Origin: Propionibacterium ruminifibrarum
GTDB lineage: Bacteria > Actinomycetota > Actinomycetes > Propionibacteriales > Propionibacteriaceae
DNA length: 31,301 nt
Assembly (NCBI RefSeq): GCF_900289195.1
Contig: NZ_OMOH01000013.1
Location: forward strand, 23,969 to 55,269
Direction: 5' to 3'
The notes below the pieces were generated by a model. The model searched no databases and was not told where the DNA came from. It worked only from the letters and a program-made list of their open reading frames with translations. Numbering within the stretch: position 1 is the first letter of the stretch; each line of letters starts with the position of its first letter. Both the position numbers and the translations under genes were made by a program. This document shows, piece after piece, positions 8,416 to 15,971 of this stretch.

Positions 8416-9708
8416 TCAGGACTGTTCGGTGGGCTCGGGTGCGAGGACCTCCTTGATGACACCGCCGGCCCGCGCGGTGGTCACATCCAGCGCAGGGACG
8501 TACTGTGCCGTGTTCTTGTCGTACTCGTACACGGTGAAAGAGAGCGTGTTGACCAACCGACCGATGAGGAAGGCCACTGCATATGGTCCGCGCAGGAAGA
8601 GGTGCACATGAGGGATCCCATGGGCGCCGCACATGGCACGAATGTGGTCGGTGATCTGCTTCGCGATCGCAGCCCCGTCCAGAGGATCTATCCAGCCAGG
8701 CTGTGCCAGTCGCAGATGACTCCATGCGCGCAGGCGTCCCTTCATCGTGTCGAGGAAGCCATTGAAGGCCTTGTTACTAATATCGTCACGCAGGTCGACG
8801 TAGACGGCGAGCTCGCCAGATTCAGACGGGTTGTCTTCGCCAGATGCCACTTCGGTGACGAATTCGCCGGTACCGGCGGGTCCGCTGGGCCAGACCTTGT
8901 TCCAGTTGTCGGTGACCTCCGCACGCCCGATCAGGGTTTCCGGGAACTGGGCGCCCAGGGCGAACGCGACGGACAGGTGTGCATGTCCGCTCACCCTCAA
9001 CAGTGAGGCGCCGTGGTTCGCGATGGCACCACGGACGATCCCCAGCACGGCTTGAAGGTCTTCAAGGCTCTGCCGGCGGATGGGCTCATCTTCCGAATCG
9101 GGCAGGACCATGTCGAAATGGTGCTTGGCCCGTGACGAGTTCGGCGAATCATCGGGCCGTGTCTCGATGTTCAGTTCGATCGCGTCGGTGTCGGCTGCGA
9201 GCGCTGCGAGGTGATCCTTGACGTAGGCGGTGATGAATTGCTTCTGGTCCGAATCCTTCAAGCCATCAAAGGTCTTCCCATCAGGGCCCTTTTTTGCCAT
9301 GAACTGCATGATTTCAGACAATGTGCCCTCTGGTTTGCGGAGCACCCTGTCCGGTTCATTAATGTCGAGTCGTTCACCGTTTGACACGGCATTGACGAGG
9401 GTCAGCGAGAACTTCTGGTTGTTCTCAAGGAGATCGAGCAGGCCGGTGGCCTCCAGCGTCTGAATGATCTCACTGTTCTCGACGTCGGGAGTCACGACGA
9501 GGACGCCACCAGACAGTCCATTGCCCATCGCCTCCTCGATACGGGCCTCGATGGAACCGGTGGTGAGGTCCTCCTTGTCACGCCAGACCGGTATGCCCGC
9601 TGCGCGCAGCAGCCAGGCCAGTCGGTCGGCGATCTTCTCCCCATCTGAGTGACGGTACGAGATGAACACCGGCCCTCGCGCGTCGTACTTGGTTGTGACA
9701 GCGGGCAT
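8416..9708 (-). CDS. TIR-SAVED fusion effector (predicted cyclic-oligoadenylate-activated NADase), 430 aa
   Basis: The N-terminal TIR motif block is VFISYRHSDGEKIADRLAWLLRAAGIPVWRDKEDLTTGS ... GGVLVVTPDVENSEII. The C-terminal half has SAVED-like blocks (LRVSGHAHLSVAFALGAQF ... HVHLFLRGPYAVAFLIGRLVN ... FTVYEY). AGGAGG precedes the ATG at 9708. It is the first gene of the cas operon. Confidence 0.85.
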   Translation of the reverse strand: MPAVTTKYDARGPVFISYRHSDGEKIADRLAWLLRAAGIPVWRDKEDLTTGSIEARIEEAMGNGLSGGVLVVTPDVENSEIIQTLEATGLLDLLENNQKFSLTLVNAVSNGERLDINEPDRVLRKPEGTLSEIMQFMAKKGPDGKTFDGLKDSDQKQFITAYVKDHLAALAADTDAIELNIETRPDDSPNSSRAKHHFDMVLPDSEDEPIRRQSLEDLQAVLGIVRGAIANHGASLLRVSGHAHLSVAFALGAQFPETLIGRAEVTDNWNKVWPSGPAGTGEFVTEVASGEDNPSESGELAVYVDLRDDISNKAFNGFLDTMKGRLRAWSHLRLAQPGWIDPLDGAAIAKQITDHIRAMCGAHGIPHVHLFLRGPYAVAFLIGRLVNTLSFTVYEYDKNTAQYVPALDVTTARAGGVIKEVLAPEPTEQS

Positions 9709-9722
9709 GTGTCCTCCTGGGG

Positions 9723-9746
9723 CGCGGGCCCGGGTCGGGGCCCGCG
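9723..9746 (-). promoter_or_regulatory. GC-rich hairpin about 14 nt upstream of the TIR-SAVED start codon
   Basis: CGCGGGCCC (9723-9731) pairs perfectly with GGGCCCGCG (9738-9746) across a 6-nt loop. On the minus strand it lies just 5' of the AGGAGG ribosome-binding site. Its function is unknown; it could be the terminator of the upstream remnant or a 5' UTR element. Confidence 0.3.
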
Positions 9747-9774
9747 GTGGATCGGTGGTTTACCGGGCCCCGCA

Positions 9775-10149
9775 TCACGAAGGTCGTCGGCGACCACGCG
9801 AAGACGAGGCTGTCGGGGATGTCTCACGACGGACTCTACCGCTGTTGGCGATTCGGAGGCGCCGTATCACCAAGTGGTCTTCGTGCTTGTGGGGAGCAGG
9901 TTCCAGCAGGTGCGACCACTCGTGCACAGTGAAGCCACACGCCGAGGCCGCCAGGGAAACGAGCCGTTCGCGTGGGGAGGGCATGGCGCTTGCCCGCCAT
10001 CAAGTCGAACGCAGCACCGTAGCCTGCTTGGAAAGCTCGTCTTCCCCGAATGAACCGAGGATGGACTGCGAGTCGACGATGATCACTTCGTTCCGGCCGA
10101 TGATTGCGCATGCGGCGCCGATGGCGTGGTGAAGCTCATCACGACGCAT
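9775..10149 (-). pseudogene. Possible decayed nucleotidyltransferase-type (toxin-like) gene remnant
   Basis: A short ORF at 10000-10149 (MRRDELHHAIGAACAIIGRNEVIIVDSQSILGSFGEDEL) resembles the N-terminus of small nucleotidyltransferase-fold toxin-like proteins, then hits a stop. A different frame (9775-9984) continues with GFTVHEWSHLLEP ... HEDHLV. The total length is too short for an intact member. This is recognition from memory only. Confidence 0.25.
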
Positions 10150-10552
10150 AATGCTCGCGTTCCCAGTCGATGATGGCTTGCCTTTGGACAGCGGTGAGAA
10201 GGCCCGCCATGGAGAGACCTCGCGGAGCTGGCAGGAGTCCTCATCCTCGGCGCACATGCGTTCCCTCATGGCGGAGGCATCCTGGGCCTCTACCCACTTC
10301 TCCCAGCGCTCGGTGTTGGCCAGGTGCAGGGCCCCTCGATTCGCCCTGCGATTGCGGCGTATGCCGGCGCGAGCGATAGCGAGCCAGGACACGGTGTCAT
10401 CCCAGTTGACCGATGCCTCGAGCAGGCGATGCAGGAGCAGGCTGTGTCGACGCGAACGGCTGGAGGCCACACGTCTGCAGGCGCCTCGCCTATCGTTGGG
10501 GCAGGGCCCGCATGCCGGATGCGGGCCGGACAGAGCGAGGAGAACCCGCAGC

Positions 10553-11257
10553 GTGAACGCGACCACTGGCAGCGTCGTCGAGATCTACCTGGCGCGGCAC
10601 GGGCAGACGTGGTTCAACAAGCGCGACCGCGTGCAGGGCTGGTGCGACTCCCCGCTGACCGAGGCCGGCCACGAACTCGCCGCGGCGCTCGGGCGCGGGC
10701 TCGCCGGCGACGGCATCGTCCTCGACGCGGCCTACAGCGGCGACATGGTTCGCCACCACGAGACCGCCCAGGGCGTCCTCGACGCCATGGGCTCGCCCCT
10801 GCCCGTCACCCAACTCCGGGCACTGCGCGAGATGTCCTTCGGCGGCTGGGAGGGCGGCTTCGACCCGGACATGTGGCGGGCCTGCTGGGACAACCTCGGC
10901 GTCAGCACCGACGAGGAGGCCTTCGCCAGGGGGCTTCGCCTCGTCGACGTCTACGACGGCATCAGCATCACCAATCCCGACCCCGACTACCCGGCCGAGA
11001 ACACCGCGGCCGTCGCCGACCGCGCGGTCGTCGCCCTCAACGACATCGCCGACACCGAGGCGGGTCTGCGCGAACGCTCCCGCGTCCTCGTCGTGACGAG
11101 CGGCATCACCGTCGTCTGCGTGCTCACGGCGCTCGGCTTCCCGCCGAGGAACCGGGTGGGCAACGGCGCGGTCGCCCTGCTGCGCCGGGACGCCTCCGGC
11201 TGGAGCGCCGCGACCGTCAACGACATGAGTTGGGCGAAGAACGGCCGCGCCGCCTGA
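10553..11257 (+). CDS. Histidine phosphatase (phosphoglycerate-mutase-like) family protein, paralog A
   Basis: It contains VEIYLARHGQTWFNKRDRVQGWCDSPLTEAG (RHG motif) and REMSFGGWEG. GTG at 10553 is preceded by GAGGAG. The track ORF extension back to 10151 is antisense to the remnant region. Confidence 0.8.
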   Translation: MNATTGSVVEIYLARHGQTWFNKRDRVQGWCDSPLTEAGHELAAALGRGLAGDGIVLDAAYSGDMVRHHETAQGVLDAMGSPLPVTQLRALREMSFGGWEGGFDPDMWRACWDNLGVSTDEEAFARGLRLVDVYDGISITNPDPDYPAENTAAVADRAVVALNDIADTEAGLRERSRVLVVTSGITVVCVLTALGFPPRNRVGNGAVALLRRDASGWSAATVNDMSWAKNGRAA

Positions 11258-11361
11258 CGGCACCCGGTGCGGCCCTGGAGCGCCGGGCCGCCCCGTAACC
11301 AGACAGGCGCTCGGAAGACGACCCGGCGCCCCGGCGAGGGCACCGACGAAGGAGAACCGAC

Positions 11362-12069
11362 ATGACCGAGACCAAGGGGCCCGTCGAGATCTACCTGGTA
11401 CGCCACGGCGAGACCTGGTTCAACAAGCTCGACCGCGTACAGGGCTGGTGCGGCACCCCGCTCACGCCCAGGGGCTTCGCCGTCGCCCAGGCGATCGGCC
11501 GGGCCTTCGCCAGCGCCGGCATCGACTTCACGGCCGCCTACTGCGGCGACATGCTGCGCCACCACGAGACGATGACCTCGCTGCTCGCCGGCATGGGCTC
11601 CACCCTGCAGCCGATCTCGCGTTTCGGCCTGCGCGAGATGTCCTTCGGTGCCTGGGAGGGCATGCCGAACAAGCTCATGTGGGAGGCCGCGTTCCGGGAG
11701 CTGGGCGTCGCCTCGGTGCAGGAGGCCCTCGATGCCGGCCACACCCTCCTCGACATCTACGACGTCTTCAGCCGCACCAACCCCGACACCGACTACCCGT
11801 CGGACAACGTCAGGCAGGCGGCCGACCGGGCCCTGGCGACACTCGACGAGATTGCCGAGACGGAGGCCTCGCCGGGGGACACGCCCAGGGTGCTGGTGGT
11901 GAGCAGCGGCGTGACGATTGCCTGCATCGTCGACCGGCTGGGCGCCGAACTCACCGCCCCGATCCACAACGGCGGCGTGAGCCGCCTGCTGCGCGGGGAG
12001 AACGGCGACTGGACCGTGCTCGACCACGACGACGTCAGCTGGGCCGAACGGGGCGGCTGGCAGGGCTGA
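11362..12069 (+). CDS. Histidine phosphatase family protein, paralog B
   Basis: It contains VEIYLVRHGETWFNKLDRVQGWCGTPLTPRG and REMSFGAWEG. It is collinear with paralog A along its whole length. GAAGGAG precedes the ATG at 11362. Confidence 0.85.
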   Translation: MTETKGPVEIYLVRHGETWFNKLDRVQGWCGTPLTPRGFAVAQAIGRAFASAGIDFTAAYCGDMLRHHETMTSLLAGMGSTLQPISRFGLREMSFGAWEGMPNKLMWEAAFRELGVASVQEALDAGHTLLDIYDVFSRTNPDTDYPSDNVRQAADRALATLDEIAETEASPGDTPRVLVVSSGVTIACIVDRLGAELTAPIHNGGVSRLLRGENGDWTVLDHDDVSWAERGGWQG

Positions 12070-12073
12070 GTGC

Positions 12074-13873
12074 TCAGCGGAGGGCGTAGAGCCGGTTGGG
12101 CGTTGGTCGGCTTGACGGCAGGTTGACATAGACGAGGACCGCCCCGGGGACGGCGGCGAGTACCACCCCCTCGAATCGTTCACCCACCGTGTTGCGCCGG
12201 TTCATCCGTTCCAGACAGTTGTACTCCTCCATGGTGATCTCTGTTGTGCTGCTCGCCGAGCCGTTGGGTGCTGCCAGGTGCAGTCGGTACACGTAGGCGG
12301 AGTCCTCGTAGTCCTTGGTGATGTCGAACGTGGTGGCATCGACTGCGGAGGATAGTTCGATGGGGGTCGCGGTGCGGGTGGCCGGGTCGAAGACGGCGGC
12401 GGGCTGTTCCTGGGGATCGATCCTGTCCTCGCTGGGCCACATGCTTGCGATGAGGCTCGTGTGCGACAGGGCAAGGTCTGGCCCGATGGTCTGGCCGAGG
12501 TCGATGCCCTGGACGCCGGCGGTGCCGGCTGCCGCCACCTCGTCGATGCTGATGGCGGCAGCCGGACTGCCCTCGGCGTATGTGGGTTCGTCGGTGTAGT
12601 GGATCGTCCAGCCGTCGATGATCAAGGGCCGGTTGGCGCTGGTGGCCACCGTGCTGAGGTGGGTTCTTCGGTCCGGGTCGTCCTGGGGCACCAGGACGAG
12701 ATCGGTGGCCATGTCTGATCCCGGCTCACTGCGCAGGACGAATGTCGAGTGGCCCGCCGGGCCGACGTACGCAGACGGGTCGGAGCTGGTGGTTTTTTGT
12801 TCGGGCAGGGCCCATAGGGTCGTGCCGGTGGCCAGGTCGATTGCCTCGGTGCCGATGAGGGCAGCGGTGTCGGTGAGCTGGATCGGCTGGGTGCCGGGGA
12901 TCGGTTTGCCCTCTGCAGTGGCATCCATGGCGAGTGCGCGTTCGGTGACGACTCGCCCAGTGAGGGTGTCGAGGACGGTGACGAGCGTCGCGCGGGTCCA
13001 TTGTCTCGAACTGCTTCCCTGACGTCTGAGGCTGTCCTCCGGCGCCAGAGTCACGAATGACGCGTAGTGGTGGTCGGGGCCGGTGATGATCCTGGTCGGT
13101 GTGCGGACGTTTGACGCTGACAGGTTGAGCAGCTGGGCGTTGGGCCGGTGGTAGGTCCACCGGGTCGACCCGTCGGCCGGGTCGAGGCCGAGAATCCTGC
13201 TGCCGTCGGCGAGGATGGGGCCTGCGGCCCCGGCGGTGATCGTGTCGACGTCCTCGTCGAGGTCGAGGGTCCAGGCTAGGTCTCCGGCCACCGTGGCGGG
13301 CATGGCCGGGATCTCCGGCGGTTTGGGGGCGAGCTGCTGGATCGGCCGTGCCACCCAGGTGGGGACGAGTGCCACGGCCAAGGCGAGGACCACGCTGAGA
13401 AGGCCGGTGAGGGCGGTCGCGGTGTGGGACGTGGCGTCAGTGGGGAGTGGCCGCCAATGGGCCGTGTCCCGCGGGCCACCCGAGTCACGCGAGGGATGGG
13501 TGCGCAGCAGCAGGTCCGAGATGGCGAGGGCGCCGGAGCACAGGCAGACGACCCCGATGATGACAGGATGGCCGAGGAAGAACCCGGAATCAGCGGCCAC
13601 CCGTACCGAACAGCCTGTGCAGAGGGCCATGGCCGCAATCGACAGCACGGCGATGATGACTGGTGCGGTCGCCAGGTTTCCTCTGGGGCCCGGGCCGAGA
13701 TCCCAGGAGATGGTCACGCCGAAGCCCCACATGACGAGAGTGACGGGCACGAACAAGACAGCGGTTACGAGGGGCTCATTCGTGACGATGATGTCCTGCG
13801 CCAAGAACCGGACGGCCAGCACGACCAGGGCGACGATGGCGAGGAGTGCGCCGGCGCGGATGCCGCGCAGCAC
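12074..13873 (-). CDS. Polytopic membrane protein with a beta-propeller-like (PQQ/BamB-like repeat) ectodomain, paralog 1. The N-terminus is disrupted by a 1-nt deletion.
   Basis: Hydrophobic helices are followed by repeats of the type GLDPADGSTRWTY, VLDTLTGRVV and AIDLATGTTLWALP. The longest in-frame start is GTG at 13873. The family N-terminus (MNPATADGHEKQ ... MSRTR, ATG at 13998 behind GGAGGA) is in another frame, because ACCCGG-TCGGC lacks one base relative to ACCCGGATCGGC in paralogs 2 and 3. If the frame is repaired the gene spans 12074-13998. Confidence 0.75.
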   Translation of the reverse strand: MLRGIRAGALLAIVALVVLAVRFLAQDIIVTNEPLVTAVLFVPVTLVMWGFGVTISWDLGPGPRGNLATAPVIIAVLSIAAMALCTGCSVRVAADSGFFLGHPVIIGVVCLCSGALAISDLLLRTHPSRDSGGPRDTAHWRPLPTDATSHTATALTGLLSVVLALAVALVPTWVARPIQQLAPKPPEIPAMPATVAGDLAWTLDLDEDVDTITAGAAGPILADGSRILGLDPADGSTRWTYHRPNAQLLNLSASNVRTPTRIITGPDHHYASFVTLAPEDSLRRQGSSSRQWTRATLVTVLDTLTGRVVTERALAMDATAEGKPIPGTQPIQLTDTAALIGTEAIDLATGTTLWALPEQKTTSSDPSAYVGPAGHSTFVLRSEPGSDMATDLVLVPQDDPDRRTHLSTVATSANRPLIIDGWTIHYTDEPTYAEGSPAAAISIDEVAAAGTAGVQGIDLGQTIGPDLALSHTSLIASMWPSEDRIDPQEQPAAVFDPATRTATPIELSSAVDATTFDITKDYEDSAYVYRLHLAAPNGSASSTTEITMEEYNCLERMNRRNTVGERFEGVVLAAVPGAVLVYVNLPSSRPTPNRLYALR

Positions 13874-14061
13874 GCCGACCGGGTTCTGGACATAGCGGCT
13901 GCTGGTTTCTCGGTCTTGCCGGTGTCCTGGTCAGTTGTCGCGCTGGTGTCGGTGCCGGCGAGTTGCTTCTCGTGGCCATCAGCGGTGGCGGGGTTCATGG
14001 AGGTTCCTCCCGGCTGGGTCGGTTCTTTCGGGCCTGGGCGTGTCTGGTCTCTTGGGCGGGT

Positions 14062-15954
14062 TCAGCGGAGCACGTAGAGCCTGTTGACGGAGAACGGCCA
14101 CGTCAGCTCGACGCGCACCAGGATCGCTCCCGGGACCGCGGAGACCGTCGCGTCCAAGAATTGCGTGTCGGACCGATCGTTCCGGCTGGCCGCCCGGCAC
14201 AGCTCCTCGAACTCGTCATCGCTGACCGCCACGTCAGCGGTCACCGGGCCATCGGGGGAGGTCATGTGCACCTGCAGCACACGCGCGCGGCGCGCGGCCT
14301 CACTGGTGGCGTCGAGCCTGGCGGTGTCGACCGTCGCGGACTGCTCGACGGGGCTCGCGGTACGGGTGACCGGGTCGAAGACGGTGGCGGGCCGCGTCAC
14401 CGAGCGAGCGACGCTGCTGTCCGAGGCGGTCGCGATGAGGCTCGTGTGAGACCGGCGGTAATCCGGGCCCATGGTCTGTCCGAGGTTGATTCTCTGCACA
14501 CCGTCGGTGCCGCCTGCTGCCGCCACCTCGTCGATGTTGATCGCGGCCGCCGGGCCGCCGTCGTCGTACGTCGGCTCCTCGGTGTACCGGATCGTCCAGC
14601 CGTCGATGAACAAGGGGTAGAAGTCATGATCGTTGAGGCTCACGTCGTCGAGGGCCGTCGTGCGGTCCGGGTCGTCCTGGGGCGCCAGGACGAGGGACGC
14701 GGTGAGTACCGACGTGTCCACCTCCCTGTGCAGGATGAATGTCGAGTGTCCTGCCGGGCCGGCGTAGTTGGGGGCGGCCCCTGAATCGGGGAGTGTCCAG
14801 AGGGTTTTTCCGGTGGTCAGGTCGATGGCCTCGGTGCCGATGAGGGCCGCGGTGTCGGTGAGCTGTACCGAATCCCAGTCGGCAGTCGATTCGCTCGTGA
14901 TGGTGCGTTCGGCGACGACCCGCCCGGTGAGGGTGTCGAGGACGGTGACCAGTGTCCGGCGCACGGATCGCACCGAGCTCTTCATCCACCGTGTGAGGAT
15001 GCTCTGGGGCATCCTGGTGTTGAACGCGGCGTAGCGGTGGTCGGGGCCGGTGATGATCTCTCCATAGTTTCCCAGGCTGAGGAGTTCGGCGTTGGGGCGG
15101 TGGTAGGTCCACCGGGTCGATCCGTCGGTGGGGTCGAGGCCGCGAATCTGGGTGCCGGTGACGAGGATGGGGCCGGCCGCCCCGGCTGCGAGCGTGTCCT
15201 TCTCGTCGAGGTCGAGGGCCCAGGCGAGGTCTCCGGCCACCGTGGTGGGTGTGGTGTCGCGTTCGGTGGGTTCTGGTGAGAACTGCTGGATCGGCCGAGC
15301 CGCCCAGGTGGGGGCCAGCGCCACGGCCAGGATCAGGACCAGGGCGACGAGGCAGGTGAGGGCGGTTGTGACGCGGGAGGTGTCACCGGAGGCCAGTGGG
15401 CGCCAGCGGGCGATGTCGTGCGGCCCTCCCAGGCGGCGTGCCGGGTGGGTGCGCAGCAGCATGTCGGCGCCGGCGAGGACGCCGGAGCCGAGGCAGGTGG
15501 CTCCGATGGTGACCGGGTAACCGGGGAAGAAGCCGGAAGTGGACGCCGCCCTTGCCGAGGCGCCGGCGCAGACGGTCAGGGCCAGGACCGACAACACGGC
15601 GATGGCGGTCAGGGCGGTCACCCTCCTGGCCACGGCGTCGGGGACGAGATCTCCGTCGGCGGATGCGGAGGACCTCCAGACGACGAGGAGGGCGGACGCA
15701 TACAGGGCCACGACCCAGAAGGGCGTGCTCGTGGCGGCGTCGTGGCGCAGGAACCACACGGTCAGCGCCACCAGGGCGGCAGTGGCGAGGAGTGCGCCGG
15801 CGCGGATGCCGCGCAGCACGCCGATCCGTGCCCTGGTCATTGACGGCGCAGTTCTCTCGGCCCGGCTGGTTGCCGCGCCGGCGGCGTGCTGGTTCGCGTT
15901 GATGGTGGAGTCCATGGTGCCTGTCCTTGCTGCCGTGTTGGTCCTGTCGTGCAT
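14062..15954 (-). CDS. Polytopic membrane / beta-propeller-like protein, paralog 2
   Basis: It has the same architecture as paralog 1 (RIGVLRGIRAGALLAT ... LLRTHPARRLGGPHDIARWRPL ... GLDPTDGSTRWTY ... AIDLTTGKTLWTLP). An alternative start is the ATG at 15915, which has an AAGGA upstream. Confidence 0.8.
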   Translation of the reverse strand: MHDRTNTAARTGTMDSTINANQHAAGAATSRAERTAPSMTRARIGVLRGIRAGALLATAALVALTVWFLRHDAATSTPFWVVALYASALLVVWRSSASADGDLVPDAVARRVTALTAIAVLSVLALTVCAGASARAASTSGFFPGYPVTIGATCLGSGVLAGADMLLRTHPARRLGGPHDIARWRPLASGDTSRVTTALTCLVALVLILAVALAPTWAARPIQQFSPEPTERDTTPTTVAGDLAWALDLDEKDTLAAGAAGPILVTGTQIRGLDPTDGSTRWTYHRPNAELLSLGNYGEIITGPDHRYAAFNTRMPQSILTRWMKSSVRSVRRTLVTVLDTLTGRVVAERTITSESTADWDSVQLTDTAALIGTEAIDLTTGKTLWTLPDSGAAPNYAGPAGHSTFILHREVDTSVLTASLVLAPQDDPDRTTALDDVSLNDHDFYPLFIDGWTIRYTEEPTYDDGGPAAAINIDEVAAAGGTDGVQRINLGQTMGPDYRRSHTSLIATASDSSVARSVTRPATVFDPVTRTASPVEQSATVDTARLDATSEAARRARVLQVHMTSPDGPVTADVAVSDDEFEELCRAASRNDRSDTQFLDATVSAVPGAILVRVELTWPFSVNRLYVLR

Positions 15955-15971
15955 CCGGGCCGGGATCGGTG

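Noticed and set aside
1849-8611. Many long antisense ORFs across the cas operon, for example 1849-2586, 3665-4663, 4270-5229, 4680-5573, 5769-6629, 5857-6768, 6605-7882 and 7913-8611
   Set aside because: These are typical high-GC shadow frames opposite real genes. Their composition is dominated by R/P/G/A, and they have no recognisable motifs and no independent start signals.
10553-12069. The idea that the histidine phosphatases are ring nucleases or cOA/ADPR-signal degraders belonging to the CRISPR-TIR module
   Set aside because: They are on the opposite strand and separated by about 840 nt of decayed sequence, and I know of no precedent. This is kept only as a speculative remark inside the phosphatase finding.
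12066-12080. The near-palindrome CTGAGTGCTCAG at the 4-nt convergent junction between phosphatase B and propeller paralog 1, considered as a terminator
   Set aside because: The stem is only 5 bp with a 2-nt loop, which is too weak to call. It is probably just the two overlapping stop contexts.
10490-12183. Minus-strand ORFs of 257 and 398 aa opposite the two phosphatase genes
   Set aside because: They are shadow ORFs of clearly recognisable plus-strand genes and have low-complexity Arg/Gly/Ala content.
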